A stretch of DNA of 64,000 nucleotides from an uncultured Candidatus Saccharibacteria bacterium (GTDB taxonomy: Bacteria > Patescibacteriota > Doudnabacteria > UBA920), in contig CAZVXT010000001.1 of NCBI GenBank assembly GCA_964631145.1, positions 393,237 to 457,236 of the forward strand, written 5' to 3'. Below the pieces are notes generated by a model. It was given only the letters and a program-made list of their open reading frames with translations. It searched no databases and was not told the origin of the DNA. Numbering within the stretch: the stretch's first letter is position 1; the number at the start of each line of letters is the position of its first letter. Of the stretch, positions 8,493 through 17,627 are shown piece by piece. A program made the position numbers and the translations under genes.

Positions 8493-9802
8493 ATTTTTTG
8501 TCCTTCAGGAGTATCTTTAAGTTCAAATCCAAAGGCTTCGATTTGCTGACGGAGCTGGTCTGATTGGGTAAAATCTTTATTGTCTCTTGCAAGTTGTCTT
8601 TGATTTAATAATTCTTGTATGTTTTCAGGAACTTCTGCATTTGGATCGTTTAATGCAATACCTAAAATTTGAGCGTACATGAGTGTATTGTCTTTGTCTT
8701 CGTTCATGATGGCAATAGCTTTTGGAGAATTTAAATTGTCATTTAGATTGGCTAAAAAATGAGGGTTTAATTGATAGTTTTCTAATCTAAGTAATGAATT
8801 GCTTAATTTATGACGAGTAATCTTTGCTGCGGTAATCGCATCCCAAGTAAAGTTGCTTTGGGTAGAATATAAGCTTTGCAAAAATAAATAGCGCAAATCC
8901 ATACCTTCAAAACCTTTATCTTCTAAGTCTTGTAATGTATAAAAATTATTTAAGCTTTTAGACATCTTTTTGCCATCTACTAACAAATGTTCAAAATGCA
9001 CCCAAGTATCTACAAATGGACCTAGAGGCAAACTTTGGGCAATTTCGTTAGTATGGTGGGGGAATATCAAATCAACCCCACCAGTATGGATATCTATCAG
9101 TTGTCCGTCAAAAGCTTTGTAATTAATTGCCGAACACTCGATGTGCCAACCAGGTCTGCCTTTTCCTAAAGTAGCATGGTCCCAAAAAATCTGTGCATCG
9201 GTATCTTCTTGCCAAGCTTTCCAGAGTGCAAAATCGCTTAAGTTATCCTTATCATACTCATCTACTTTAACTCTTGCTCCAATGTTTTTGCCTTCAAGAA
9301 ATTTTTCTCCCACGAGTTGTCCGTAATTGCCAAATTTCTCTTGATACTTTTCTATACTAAAATAAGTGCTGCCGTCTTCAGCTTTGTATGCAAAACCTAA
9401 ATCGATTAATTTAACAATAAATTCTTGTATTTCTGGTATAACATCTGTGACATTAATAAACTCTATGCTATCAATATCTACTCCAACTTTATCTAGGTCT
9501 TCTAGAAAAGTTTTTGTAAACTGCTTTGTATGTTGCTGTAGGTTTTCTACATTTGCAGTTTGTCCAAATTGAGCAACTGTAGATTTGATGGTCTTATCGT
9601 CTATATCAGTGATGTTCATAACCCATCTTACATTTTGCCCACTGGTTTTTAAAGTTCTAACTAGTAGGTCTGCCATAATAAAGCTACGCAAATTTCCAAT
9701 GTGTGCTTTGCCATATACAGTAGGTCCGCAAGAGTAAAAATTTAAAACTTCTTTCGGTGTGATTTCTTTGATTTTTTTGGTTAAACTGTCGTAAATTTGC
9801 AT
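8480..9802 (-). CDS. cysS: cysteinyl-tRNA synthetase
   Basis: Class I HIGH motif (CGPTVYGKAHIGNLRSF) and KMSKS motif (KKMSKSLNN). Confidence 0.9.
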   Translation of the reverse strand: MQIYDSLTKKIKEITPKEVLNFYSCGPTVYGKAHIGNLRSFIMADLLVRTLKTSGQNVRWVMNITDIDDKTIKSTVAQFGQTANVENLQQHTKQFTKTFLEDLDKVGVDIDSIEFINVTDVIPEIQEFIVKLIDLGFAYKAEDGSTYFSIEKYQEKFGNYGQLVGEKFLEGKNIGARVKVDEYDKDNLSDFALWKAWQEDTDAQIFWDHATLGKGRPGWHIECSAINYKAFDGQLIDIHTGGVDLIFPHHTNEIAQSLPLGPFVDTWVHFEHLLVDGKKMSKSLNNFYTLQDLEDKGFEGMDLRYLFLQSLYSTQSNFTWDAITAAKITRHKLSNSLLRLENYQLNPHFLANLNDNLNSPKAIAIMNEDKDNTLMYAQILGIALNDPNAEVPENIQELLNQRQLARDNKDFTQSDQLRQQIEAFGFELKDTPEGQKIQKK

Positions 9803-9867
9803 AAATATAACTGAAAATTTAAAAGTTATTGTAAATTTAGCTTAGCAAAAAATAATAAATATGTCAT

Positions 9868-9900
9868 TTTTAAAGCAAATTAAAAAGCACCTATAGGTGC
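9868..9900 (-). terminator. rho-independent terminator of the antiporter gene
   Basis: On the minus strand, the palindrome agcacc-tat-aggtgct lies right at the stop codon and is followed by a U-rich tract. Confidence 0.45.
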
Positions 9901-11624
9901 TAAATAATTTTGTGCTTATGTCCTAGTTTGTCCAATGCATGTAAATGCTTCTTTTTAATTTTAGCTAAGGAAGTAACAGTATGATCTTGCCCAACTAAAT
10001 CTGCTAAGTGCATACCACCAACGAAGTGCTGCAAGAGAACATAATCTGCTCCTTTAGCGTATAAAGTTCGTGCATCTTCTTCATCTTCTGCTACTAAGAT
10101 TAACTTAATGCGGGTGCGATTTCTTTTTACAAATTCTAAAATTGTCATGTTATCGGCAAAGCTAGGCACGGTAGAAATTATCATGTCAGCTTTATTTAAA
10201 TTAGCAAGTTCTTGAATAAAGGGATCAGTGATATCTCCGCAAACCGCTTCATAACCGTCGTGTTTAAAATGCTCAACCAAATCTGGATTAAAGTCTATTA
10301 GAAGTAATTTGTTCTTGTGTAAATGTATTGCGTCCAAAATATGACTTCCTAAACGATGTATTCCAATTACAACCACATGTCCCGTTAAAGGCTTTTTATC
10401 TAAAAGTTTTTCATTGGTAGTTTTGTGAAAATCAAATACCCAAAGAATTGGATGCAGCCAATTAAATATTTTTTCTGCATAAAGAATCCCGTAAGATGAT
10501 AGGGCAATTGTGGCTATGCCGACTAAAGTTACAATAGTTACATGAATATCCGTAACATATCCGCCAATCAATCCAATGGACATTAGAATAAGGCTAAACT
10601 CGGAGATTTGCGCGACTGTAACACCAGTCATAAAAGATACGCGTGGTTTGTAACCCATCAGTCCTAAAATAATCATCACTATTAGAGGATTGCCAATTAA
10701 CACAAACAATGTTAGCACCACAGCCGGGATTATTGCTTGCCCAATATTATTAAACATCAATTGTGAACCCAAAACTATAAAGAAAATAATAATGAAGAAG
10801 TCTCTAATAGGTTTGATTCTCCCGCTCATCTGATAGTGCACGCCAGTATTGGCAAGTGCAAGCCCTGCTACAAAACCCCCAATTGCTGCATTGAAGCCTA
10901 TTATTGGTAAAGAAAATACCATAGCTAATCCAAGCGACCAAGCAAGTGCAAATAGTAAAACTAATTCATCAGATTTTTGAACAGTTTTTATAATTTTTGG
11001 AAAAACAAATTTGGTAAGCCAAATTACTATCGTACCCAAAATAAAAGCTTTTGCGATTGTAATAACGATTTGTCCTGTAGTAGAAAGATCGCCAAAATGG
11101 CTACTTTGTCCAGTTTGAGTTAATGCAGATAAGAAAATTAAAATAAAAATTGCCGCAACGTCCTGCATTAAAAATATGCCAATTGCAAGCTTGCCGTATA
11201 GGCTGTTTAGATCCTTTTTTTCTGATAATAACTTAACAACAATAATAGTTGAAGAAAAGGTGAGTGCAATAGCAATGTATCCTGCTGCCCATGAGGTGAT
11301 TCCTAACAAATGAATTAAAATAAATCCAAATAAAGAAGTAAAAACAATTTGTCCAAGTCCTGCAAAAATTGCTGCTTTTCCTATTCGTTTAAGTTGTCCT
11401 ATGTCCAAATCCAGTCCCACCATAAATAATAGTAGGGTAATACCAATTTCTGATAAGCCTTTTAAAATTTCTCCATTATGAAAATTTGCAAATCCAAGAG
11501 GTCCAATTATCAATCCCACAATAATGTAAGCAATGATGCTTGGTTGCTTTAAAAAATGCATAAAGTAAGCAATTACTCCTGCACCAATCAAAACTAAAGT
11601 AAGTTCTGTAAATAAACTATCCAT
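9900..11624 (-). CDS. cation:proton antiporter (CPA2/Kef-type) with a C-terminal TrkA-N/RCK domain
   Basis: About 12 TM helices (GLDLDIGQLKRIGKAA...) followed by a Rossmann fold HVVVIGIHRLGSHILD. Confidence 0.8.
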   Translation of the reverse strand: MDSLFTELTLVLIGAGVIAYFMHFLKQPSIIAYIIVGLIIGPLGFANFHNGEILKGLSEIGITLLLFMVGLDLDIGQLKRIGKAAIFAGLGQIVFTSLFGFILIHLLGITSWAAGYIAIALTFSSTIIVVKLLSEKKDLNSLYGKLAIGIFLMQDVAAIFILIFLSALTQTGQSSHFGDLSTTGQIVITIAKAFILGTIVIWLTKFVFPKIIKTVQKSDELVLLFALAWSLGLAMVFSLPIIGFNAAIGGFVAGLALANTGVHYQMSGRIKPIRDFFIIIFFIVLGSQLMFNNIGQAIIPAVVLTLFVLIGNPLIVMIILGLMGYKPRVSFMTGVTVAQISEFSLILMSIGLIGGYVTDIHVTIVTLVGIATIALSSYGILYAEKIFNWLHPILWVFDFHKTTNEKLLDKKPLTGHVVVIGIHRLGSHILDAIHLHKNKLLLIDFNPDLVEHFKHDGYEAVCGDITDPFIQELANLNKADMIISTVPSFADNMTILEFVKRNRTRIKLILVAEDEEDARTLYAKGADYVLLQHFVGGMHLADLVGQDHTVTSLAKIKKKHLHALDKLGHKHKII

Positions 11625-11713
11625 GTAGACTTTTATGTTTGTTTCAATTTCGAAGTTTTAATTATTATAACATAATTTGCCGATTCATTAGTTTGCAGGT
11701 ACAATTATATTGT

Positions 11714-12304
11714 ATGCATTACTCTAAATACGATGCTATTTTTATGATCGGTCCTCAAGGTTCTGGAAAAGGAACTCAGGGTCGAGTTTTGGCCGAACAG
11801 ATCGGCTTTTTCTATTGGGAAATGGGCGCAATTCTTCGTGAAGAAGCAAAAAAAGATACCCCTTTTGGAAAAAAAGTTAAGAGTCTGATTGATGCTGGTC
11901 ATTTGCTTGAAGATGACGAGCTTTACCGTGTTTTAAATACAGAATTACCAGAAGTTATAAAACATAAGCGTGTGTTGTTTGATGGTGTTCCAAGACGTGT
12001 AGGACAAGGCTTGTACTTAATGCATTATTTAGAGCAAAATGGTTTTAAAGAATTTGCAACAATTTCTATAGAAGTCCCAAAGGAAGAATCTATTAAGCGC
12101 TTATTAGAACGAGCACATCATGAGTTTCGTGTTGATGATACTCCAGAAAAAATTGCTTATAGATTAGATTTATATGATAAAGAGACTGTACCGGTATTGA
12201 AATTTTTGCAAGGTATAGGAGATTTTTATGCTATTGATGGTATGGGATCTGTTGAAAATGTAAAAGTTAGAATTGATCAAGCTTTAGAAGTAAACTCTGA
12301 TTAA
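11714..12304 (+). CDS. adk: adenylate kinase (short form, no LID insertion); ATG at 11714 chosen over the track start at 11639
   Basis: P-loop IGPQGSGKGTQ, the NMP-binding motif FDGVPRR, and RVDDTPEKIAYRLDLY. Confidence 0.8.
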   Translation: MHYSKYDAIFMIGPQGSGKGTQGRVLAEQIGFFYWEMGAILREEAKKDTPFGKKVKSLIDAGHLLEDDELYRVLNTELPEVIKHKRVLFDGVPRRVGQGLYLMHYLEQNGFKEFATISIEVPKEESIKRLLERAHHEFRVDDTPEKIAYRLDLYDKETVPVLKFLQGIGDFYAIDGMGSVENVKVRIDQALEVNSD

Positions 12305-12307
12305 TAT

Positions 12308-12979
12308 ATGAAGCTTAAAGTTGGTGCTAAACCTTTCAATCTTATCTTGCTTGGCGATCCTGGTGCAGGTAAAGCTACTCAGACAGCTTATCTAGCTAAG
12401 AAGTATGGTATGTATGATTTTGACATGGGTGAAGAATTGGCAAAGATGAGGTTAATAGATTCTAAATTCGATAGTTTATGTAAAAAGACTATTGATCAAG
12501 GGAAATTAGCTCCAACATCTATAGTGACCAAGCTGTACGCAGCCATTATTCCTAAGATTCCAAAAAATCAGGGGATAGTTTTTGATGGACATCCACGCAT
12601 GGTCCCTGAAGCAAAATTTGTAATTAACTTATTAAAAAAGAGTGGACGTAGTGAGCCTCTTGTGGTATATTTACATATCAATCATAGAGAGATGTATAAG
12701 CGCCTTAAAAATCGCAAAGGCTATAGTAGTTCTAAGAATAAAAAGCGTGCAGATGATAGTCCTAAAGCTATCGTTAATAGATTGAAGTACTATAAAACTG
12801 AAGTTCAAAATACATTAGCTTATTTTGGCAAACATTATAGCACTGCAGGAGTAGATGGTTTGGGTAGTAAGGTTGATGTTAAAAAAAGATTCGAAAAAGT
12901 AATTAAACACTATTTATTTAACTATAAAGATTTTAAAAGTTGTGGGATGGTAATGCATTATAATGACAAGAGCTGTTAA
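12308..12979 (+). CDS. second, more divergent adenylate-kinase-family protein (tandem paralog)
   Basis: P-loop LLGDPGAGKATQ, FDGHPRM, and RADDSPKAIVNRLKYY. A basic C-terminal tail overlaps map by 17 nt. Confidence 0.65.
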   Translation: MKLKVGAKPFNLILLGDPGAGKATQTAYLAKKYGMYDFDMGEELAKMRLIDSKFDSLCKKTIDQGKLAPTSIVTKLYAAIIPKIPKNQGIVFDGHPRMVPEAKFVINLLKKSGRSEPLVVYLHINHREMYKRLKNRKGYSSSKNKKRADDSPKAIVNRLKYYKTEVQNTLAYFGKHYSTAGVDGLGSKVDVKKRFEKVIKHYLFNYKDFKSCGMVMHYNDKSC

Positions 12980-13721
12980 AAAACCAGAAGAAATTAAGAT
13001 TATCGCCGAGGGTGGCAAACTCTTAGGCGATATTTTGCGTCGCACTGCTAAGTTAGCTAAACCTGGAATATCTACTTTAGAGTTAAATGATTTTGCGGAA
13101 AGCCAAATTATTGCTTGTGGCGGGCGTCCAAGTTTTGTTGGTTATGGCGATAGGTATAATCCGTTCCCAGCAGGTCTTTGTACTTCTATTAACGATGTAG
13201 TGGTTCATGGAATTCCTTCTAGTGAAGATATTTTAAAGGAAGGTGATATTATTGGGCTTGATATTGGTATGGAATATAAAGGATTTTATACAGACACTGC
13301 CATTACTGTTCCAGTTGGCAAAATTTCTGACACAGCTCAAAAAATTATTGATGTCACAAAAAAATCTTTAAATGCGGCGATTGCGGCTGCGGTTGCAGGC
13401 GGAAAGATTGGTGACATTGGTTACGCAACTCAAAGCGTTGTAGAAAAGGCTGGTTTTAGTGTTGTTAGAGATTTAGTTGGGCATGGCGTTGGTTATGCTG
13501 TACATGAAGATCCTCAAGTTCCAGGATATGGAGTTAAAGGTAAGGGCTTAACTTTAGAAGAAGGTATGGTGTTAGCTATCGAACCTATGGTTTGTGAAAA
13601 TAAACCTAATGTTTATTTCGACACTGATGGTTGGACTATTCGTTCTAATGATGGTGGATTAACCGCTCACTTTGAGCACACTGTCGTTATAACAAAAAAA
13701 GGTGCAAAAATTTTAACATAA
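12963..13721 (+). CDS. map: methionine aminopeptidase type I
   Basis: Metal ligands in VVVHGIPS, DIIGLDIG, HGVGYAVHEDPQVP and LEEGMVLAIEPM. Confidence 0.9.
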   Translation: MTRAVKKPEEIKIIAEGGKLLGDILRRTAKLAKPGISTLELNDFAESQIIACGGRPSFVGYGDRYNPFPAGLCTSINDVVVHGIPSSEDILKEGDIIGLDIGMEYKGFYTDTAITVPVGKISDTAQKIIDVTKKSLNAAIAAAVAGGKIGDIGYATQSVVEKAGFSVVRDLVGHGVGYAVHEDPQVPGYGVKGKGLTLEEGMVLAIEPMVCENKPNVYFDTDGWTIRSNDGGLTAHFEHTVVITKKGAKILT

Positions 13722-13798
13722 ATAGTATGGCAGAAGAAATTTTGGCATGATATGATGCTAATCAAAAATTAATAGCACCTCAGCTTAGAAGTATTGCC

Positions 13799-14260
13799 TT
13801 GGCAGAGCCATTTCCTGACTACTATCATGCTGTGGCAAATGTTTGGTTGATAAACAAAGAACTAAAGATGCTGGTTTCCAAACGATCCTCTTTGGTTAAA
13901 GCTCATGCTGGTAAATGGCAAACTAGATTTGGTGGGCATGTGGTATCTGGACATGGTTTTATAGAAACAGCTATTAATGAGCTTCAGGAAGAAGCTGGGC
14001 TTATTGTATCCGCAAAACATTTGATTTTGGTTGAAAAAGGTGTTTATGAGGACCATAAACATTTTTACGAAAGTTATATGCTTATTTTTGATCCGGCAAA
14101 ACATAAAGTATTTTTTAATGATGGGGAAGTTGAAGATGTAAAATGGATGAATTTTGCAGAATATAATTTGGATAAAGAACAAAATCCTCAAAATTGGTGT
14201 AATGGTATAGATCTGCCAATTCAGCAAAAAATTGTAGATTATTTTAAAACCACCAAATAG
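13799..14260 (+). CDS. NUDIX hydrolase
   Basis: Nudix box GGHVVSGHGFIETAINELQEEAGL, matching Gx5Ex7REUxEExGU. Confidence 0.75.
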   Translation: MAEPFPDYYHAVANVWLINKELKMLVSKRSSLVKAHAGKWQTRFGGHVVSGHGFIETAINELQEEAGLIVSAKHLILVEKGVYEDHKHFYESYMLIFDPAKHKVFFNDGEVEDVKWMNFAEYNLDKEQNPQNWCNGIDLPIQQKIVDYFKTTK

Positions 14261-14271
14261 CGGTTTTATAT

Positions 14272-14300
14272 TTGACAAAATATAAAAAATGTGATAAAAT
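14272..14300 (+). promoter_or_regulatory. sigma70-like promoter TTGACA-N17-TAAAAT
   Basis: ttgaca at 14272-14277 and taaaat at 14295-14300, 60 nt upstream of an AAGGAGG SD and the ATG at 14364. Confidence 0.5.
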
Positions 14301-14363
14301 TTAGAAAATCTTTTTAAAGATTATTTTACAGTCTGAACAGACTTAAAACTAAGGAGGATAAAA

Positions 14364-15473
14364 ATGAGTAGTCAAGAAATATCAATTGTAGAGCCAGGCT
14401 TTGAGGTTTATGGAAGAATTGACCAAAAAATGCGTAATGATTTCATGTTGGTGTCTCAAAAAAAAATTCCCGGTGATTGGCAAACTTTTACAAATTCAAA
14501 AGGTGAAAAAGTAACTTTGCCAAAAAGAAAACTCCAAGAGTTTTCTGGTGACCAGTGGAGACTTGCTCCAAATGCGGATCAAAAATTGGATTTGGCAAGA
14601 AGAAAAAAAATATATTTATCATACGAACAGTTTGATAAATTACCAAATTCATATTTTTGGTTATATAACGACCAAAAAAATGTCAAAATCAAAACCTGTC
14701 GCAGGATTGGTGGTGAAATTGATATTGAAACTGTTTGGGGTATAGTCACACTCAAAAAAGGCGATTCGGTATGTATTCAGCCAAATGGAGAAATATTTTT
14801 GGTCAAAGGTCCTTTGCATTTTTGTGGTAATTCTGTTGAGCAAAAAATTCGTCGAATTGTTGCACAAAACAGGTTGCCTCAGAGTCTTGTGAAAATGATT
14901 GATCATAACTTTACACCCTCAATTATGCCTTTTAATGGGGGTATAAGATTTGGTAATGATGCCGAATCAATTGTTGTTGAATTAATCATTAGAGGTTACG
15001 GAGGGTTTAGTAGGCAGGCTGTTTCTAAGGTATATGTAACTCCTGCCGTAGACGATGACACATTGAGTGTGTTTGAAGATTATCTGTTTGTGTATAAGTC
15101 TTCATCCAGCCCCGCTCTTGATTATTATATTGAACAAGAGCAACGCCTAAAGGGTGAAGAAACAGCCTGGCTTTTACAGCAAGCTGAAGAACGAGAGAAG
15201 CAAGAAGCTAAAGAAATAGAAAAACAGCGAGACAAATTGTTTTTCCAAATTGAAGATTTTTTGCAAACTGTGCAAATAATTAAAACTGTTGAAGTATATG
15301 GTAAAAAATATACTTATGGCAGAGGTAAGGTCTGCAAAGGCAACGTTTTTGGCAAATCTTGTAATTTGGAAAATCTCTTTGATACATTTCCAGTAGAAGG
15401 TCAACCAAGTATTTTGGAGCAAATTGCTGAAGATAGTGGTTTTGCAAAACCGAAAATTGGCTACAATGTTTAA
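14364..15473 (+). CDS. hypothetical protein (369 aa) with a C-terminal coiled-coil segment
   Basis: Strong promoter and SD. No recognisable catalytic motif. A Glu/Lys-rich heptad stretch (QEQRLKGEETAWLLQQAEEREKQEAKEIEKQRDKL). Confidence 0.5.
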   Translation: MSSQEISIVEPGFEVYGRIDQKMRNDFMLVSQKKIPGDWQTFTNSKGEKVTLPKRKLQEFSGDQWRLAPNADQKLDLARRKKIYLSYEQFDKLPNSYFWLYNDQKNVKIKTCRRIGGEIDIETVWGIVTLKKGDSVCIQPNGEIFLVKGPLHFCGNSVEQKIRRIVAQNRLPQSLVKMIDHNFTPSIMPFNGGIRFGNDAESIVVELIIRGYGGFSRQAVSKVYVTPAVDDDTLSVFEDYLFVYKSSSSPALDYYIEQEQRLKGEETAWLLQQAEEREKQEAKEIEKQRDKLFFQIEDFLQTVQIIKTVEVYGKKYTYGRGKVCKGNVFGKSCNLENLFDTFPVEGQPSILEQIAEDSGFAKPKIGYNV

Positions 15474-15493
15474 TCTTAAATTTTAGATTAAAC

Positions 15494-15528
15494 AAAAGAC
15501 GGAAAATCTAAGTTTCCGTCTTTTTATT
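15494..15528. terminator. bidirectional rho-independent terminator
   Basis: aaaagacggaaa-atctaag-tttccgtcttttt, between convergent genes. Confidence 0.65.
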
Positions 15529-15532
15529 TAAC

Positions 15533-17314
15533 TTATAGAGTTTTATTTTTTATCTCATCAACTAGTTTATTTACAAACTCATGAACTTTAATTACACCTA
15601 AGTCTTGATCGCCGCGCCCTCTTACGGCTACGCTTTGAGCTTCCATTTCTTTATCCCCAACAACTAAAATATAGGGGGTTTTTTGTTTAGAAGCTTCGCG
15701 GATTCGCTTGCCCATGGATTCACTTCTACTATCTATATCTATTCTTGCTTCTGGATTTGCAGCTAGAATTTGCTCTTTAATTTGCTTGGCAAATTGTCCA
15801 TGCTTTTCGTCTGAAATTGGAACAATAACAGCTTGAACAGGGGAGAGCCATGTTGGCATATTGCCTGCAAAATGTTCGATTAAGAAGCCGATAAATCTTT
15901 CGTGCGTTCCTAAGGGTGCGCGGTGAATAATTGCTGGAGTCTTTTTTTGCCCATCTTGATCTGTGTATTCTAAACCAAAGCGTTTGCCCATATACAAGTC
16001 TAATTGATTGGTTGATGCAGTAAAAGATCGTCCAATTGATGAGTAAATTTGAAAATCCATCTTAGGTCCATAAAAAGCAGCACCTTCGTTTACAATCTTA
16101 AATTTGACACCAGATTTTTCCATAGCTTCTATGGTCATACGCTCTGCCTCTTTCCAGTCTTCTTCATCGCCATGATACTTATCCATCTTATTTGGATCGC
16201 GAAGAGCAAGCTCCATTTCATATTCATGAATACCTAATTGTTGATAATAATATTCATGAAGCTTGATTACTTTAACAAACTCTTCTACAGCATCTTCTCT
16301 TCTAACATATGTATGTGCATCATTCATTTGCATCCCTCTAACGCGCATTAATCCAAATAAACTACCACTATCTTCATAACGGTGGCACCAGCCGTATTCT
16401 GCGTATCTTACAGGTAAATCGCGGTAACTTTTTGGGCGAGCGGCAAAAGTCTTATGATGAAAAGGACAGTTCATTGGTTTGATATAGTAATTTTCATCTT
16501 CAATAACTATCGGTGCATACATACTATCTTTGTATAAAGGTAAGTGCCCAGAAGTATAAAACAAATCTTCTTTAGTAATAATTGGAGTTGTTACTCTTTG
16601 GTAGCCCCATTGGCGTTCTGTTTGCTTAGCCCAGTTTTCTAATTCTTCTTTGATAATATTTCCTTTTGGCAGCCATATTGGTAAACCTTTTCCAATAGCT
16701 TCATCAAAATGAAATAAATCTAACTCTTGTCCGATAATTCTATGGTCGCGCTTTTTTGCTTCCTCTAGCATTTCTAAGTGCGTTTGTAACTCTTCCGCAG
16801 TATCAAATGCTAACCCATAAATACGGGTAAGCATTTTGTTTTTTTCATTGCCGCGCCAGTAAGCGCCTGCAAGTTTGTGTAATTTAAAGCTTTGCGGATC
16901 GATGGTACTTAAATCTTCGCTGTGTCCGCCTTTGCAAAGATCCCAATAATCTCCGGATTTATAAAAACTGACTTTACTTCCGTCTTGTCTAAACTCTTCG
17001 ATTAATTCGTGTTTGTAGGGGTTGTTTGGATATTCTGCCTTAGCTTCTTCAGGTGTTAGTTCATGGCGTTCAAAAGTTTTCCAGGTAGGTAAGATTTTGC
17101 GCATAACCTTCTCGATTTTTGGCAAATCTTCCTCAGTTATTGGGTTTTCAAATTCGAAATCAAAATAAAATCCATCATCTATAGCAGGTCCAATTGTTCG
17201 TTTCGTGTTTGGGTATAGATTCATTACTGCGGCTGCTAAAAGGTGGGCAAGCGAGTGTCTTTTGTTTTGTAATTTTTCGTCTAGGATTGACATAAGTGTA
17301 TTTTTCGAGTACAA
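15533..17314 (-). CDS. thrS: threonyl-tRNA synthetase lacking the N-terminal TGS domain (TTG start at 17314; alternative ATG at 17293)
   Basis: Editing-domain HxxxH (RHSLAHLLAAAV), class II core, and the anticodon-binding region HRAPLGTHERFIGFLIEHFAGNMPTWLSPVQAVIVPI. Confidence 0.9.
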   Translation of the reverse strand: MYSKNTLMSILDEKLQNKRHSLAHLLAAAVMNLYPNTKRTIGPAIDDGFYFDFEFENPITEEDLPKIEKVMRKILPTWKTFERHELTPEEAKAEYPNNPYKHELIEEFRQDGSKVSFYKSGDYWDLCKGGHSEDLSTIDPQSFKLHKLAGAYWRGNEKNKMLTRIYGLAFDTAEELQTHLEMLEEAKKRDHRIIGQELDLFHFDEAIGKGLPIWLPKGNIIKEELENWAKQTERQWGYQRVTTPIITKEDLFYTSGHLPLYKDSMYAPIVIEDENYYIKPMNCPFHHKTFAARPKSYRDLPVRYAEYGWCHRYEDSGSLFGLMRVRGMQMNDAHTYVRREDAVEEFVKVIKLHEYYYQQLGIHEYEMELALRDPNKMDKYHGDEEDWKEAERMTIEAMEKSGVKFKIVNEGAAFYGPKMDFQIYSSIGRSFTASTNQLDLYMGKRFGLEYTDQDGQKKTPAIIHRAPLGTHERFIGFLIEHFAGNMPTWLSPVQAVIVPISDEKHGQFAKQIKEQILAANPEARIDIDSRSESMGKRIREASKQKTPYILVVGDKEMEAQSVAVRGRGDQDLGVIKVHEFVNKLVDEIKNKTL

Positions 17315-17353
17315 TTAATACTCGACTTAATGATAAATTTATGGAGGTAAAAT

Positions 17354-17557
17354 ATGAATTCTGCTGCTGCAGAAACTAAGAAAGAAGAATCAATTTTTGA
17401 GGAAGAATCAAATTATAAAGCTGTGACAATACCAGAAACAAAGTTTGCTCCGCCTGGAGCTGTTATGTGTAATTGGTGTTGCGGCGATGGTTGTAAGTCC
17501 TGCAATTATAAAGGGATAAAAACTTTTTCTTATTCCCGTGGATCTTCGATTTTATAA
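17354..17557 (+). CDS. small Cys-rich peptide (67 aa) with an acidic N-terminal half and a C-terminal CNWCCGDGCKSCNYKG cluster
   Basis: SD GGAGG 8 nt upstream of the ATG. Five Cys within 12 residues. Followed by a strong terminator. Confidence 0.5.
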   Translation: MNSAAAETKKEESIFEEESNYKAVTIPETKFAPPGAVMCNWCCGDGCKSCNYKGIKTFSYSRGSSIL

Positions 17558-17569
17558 ACAAAAAACCCA

Positions 17570-17627
17570 GAGATTAATGGTCTATTATTAGACTTCTAAT
17601 CTCTGGGGTCTTTTTTAAAGACGATTC
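17570..17627. terminator. bidirectional rho-independent terminator
   Basis: acaaaaaa-cccagagatta...taatctctggg-gtctttttt: an 11-bp perfect stem flanked by an A-run and a T-run. Confidence 0.7.
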
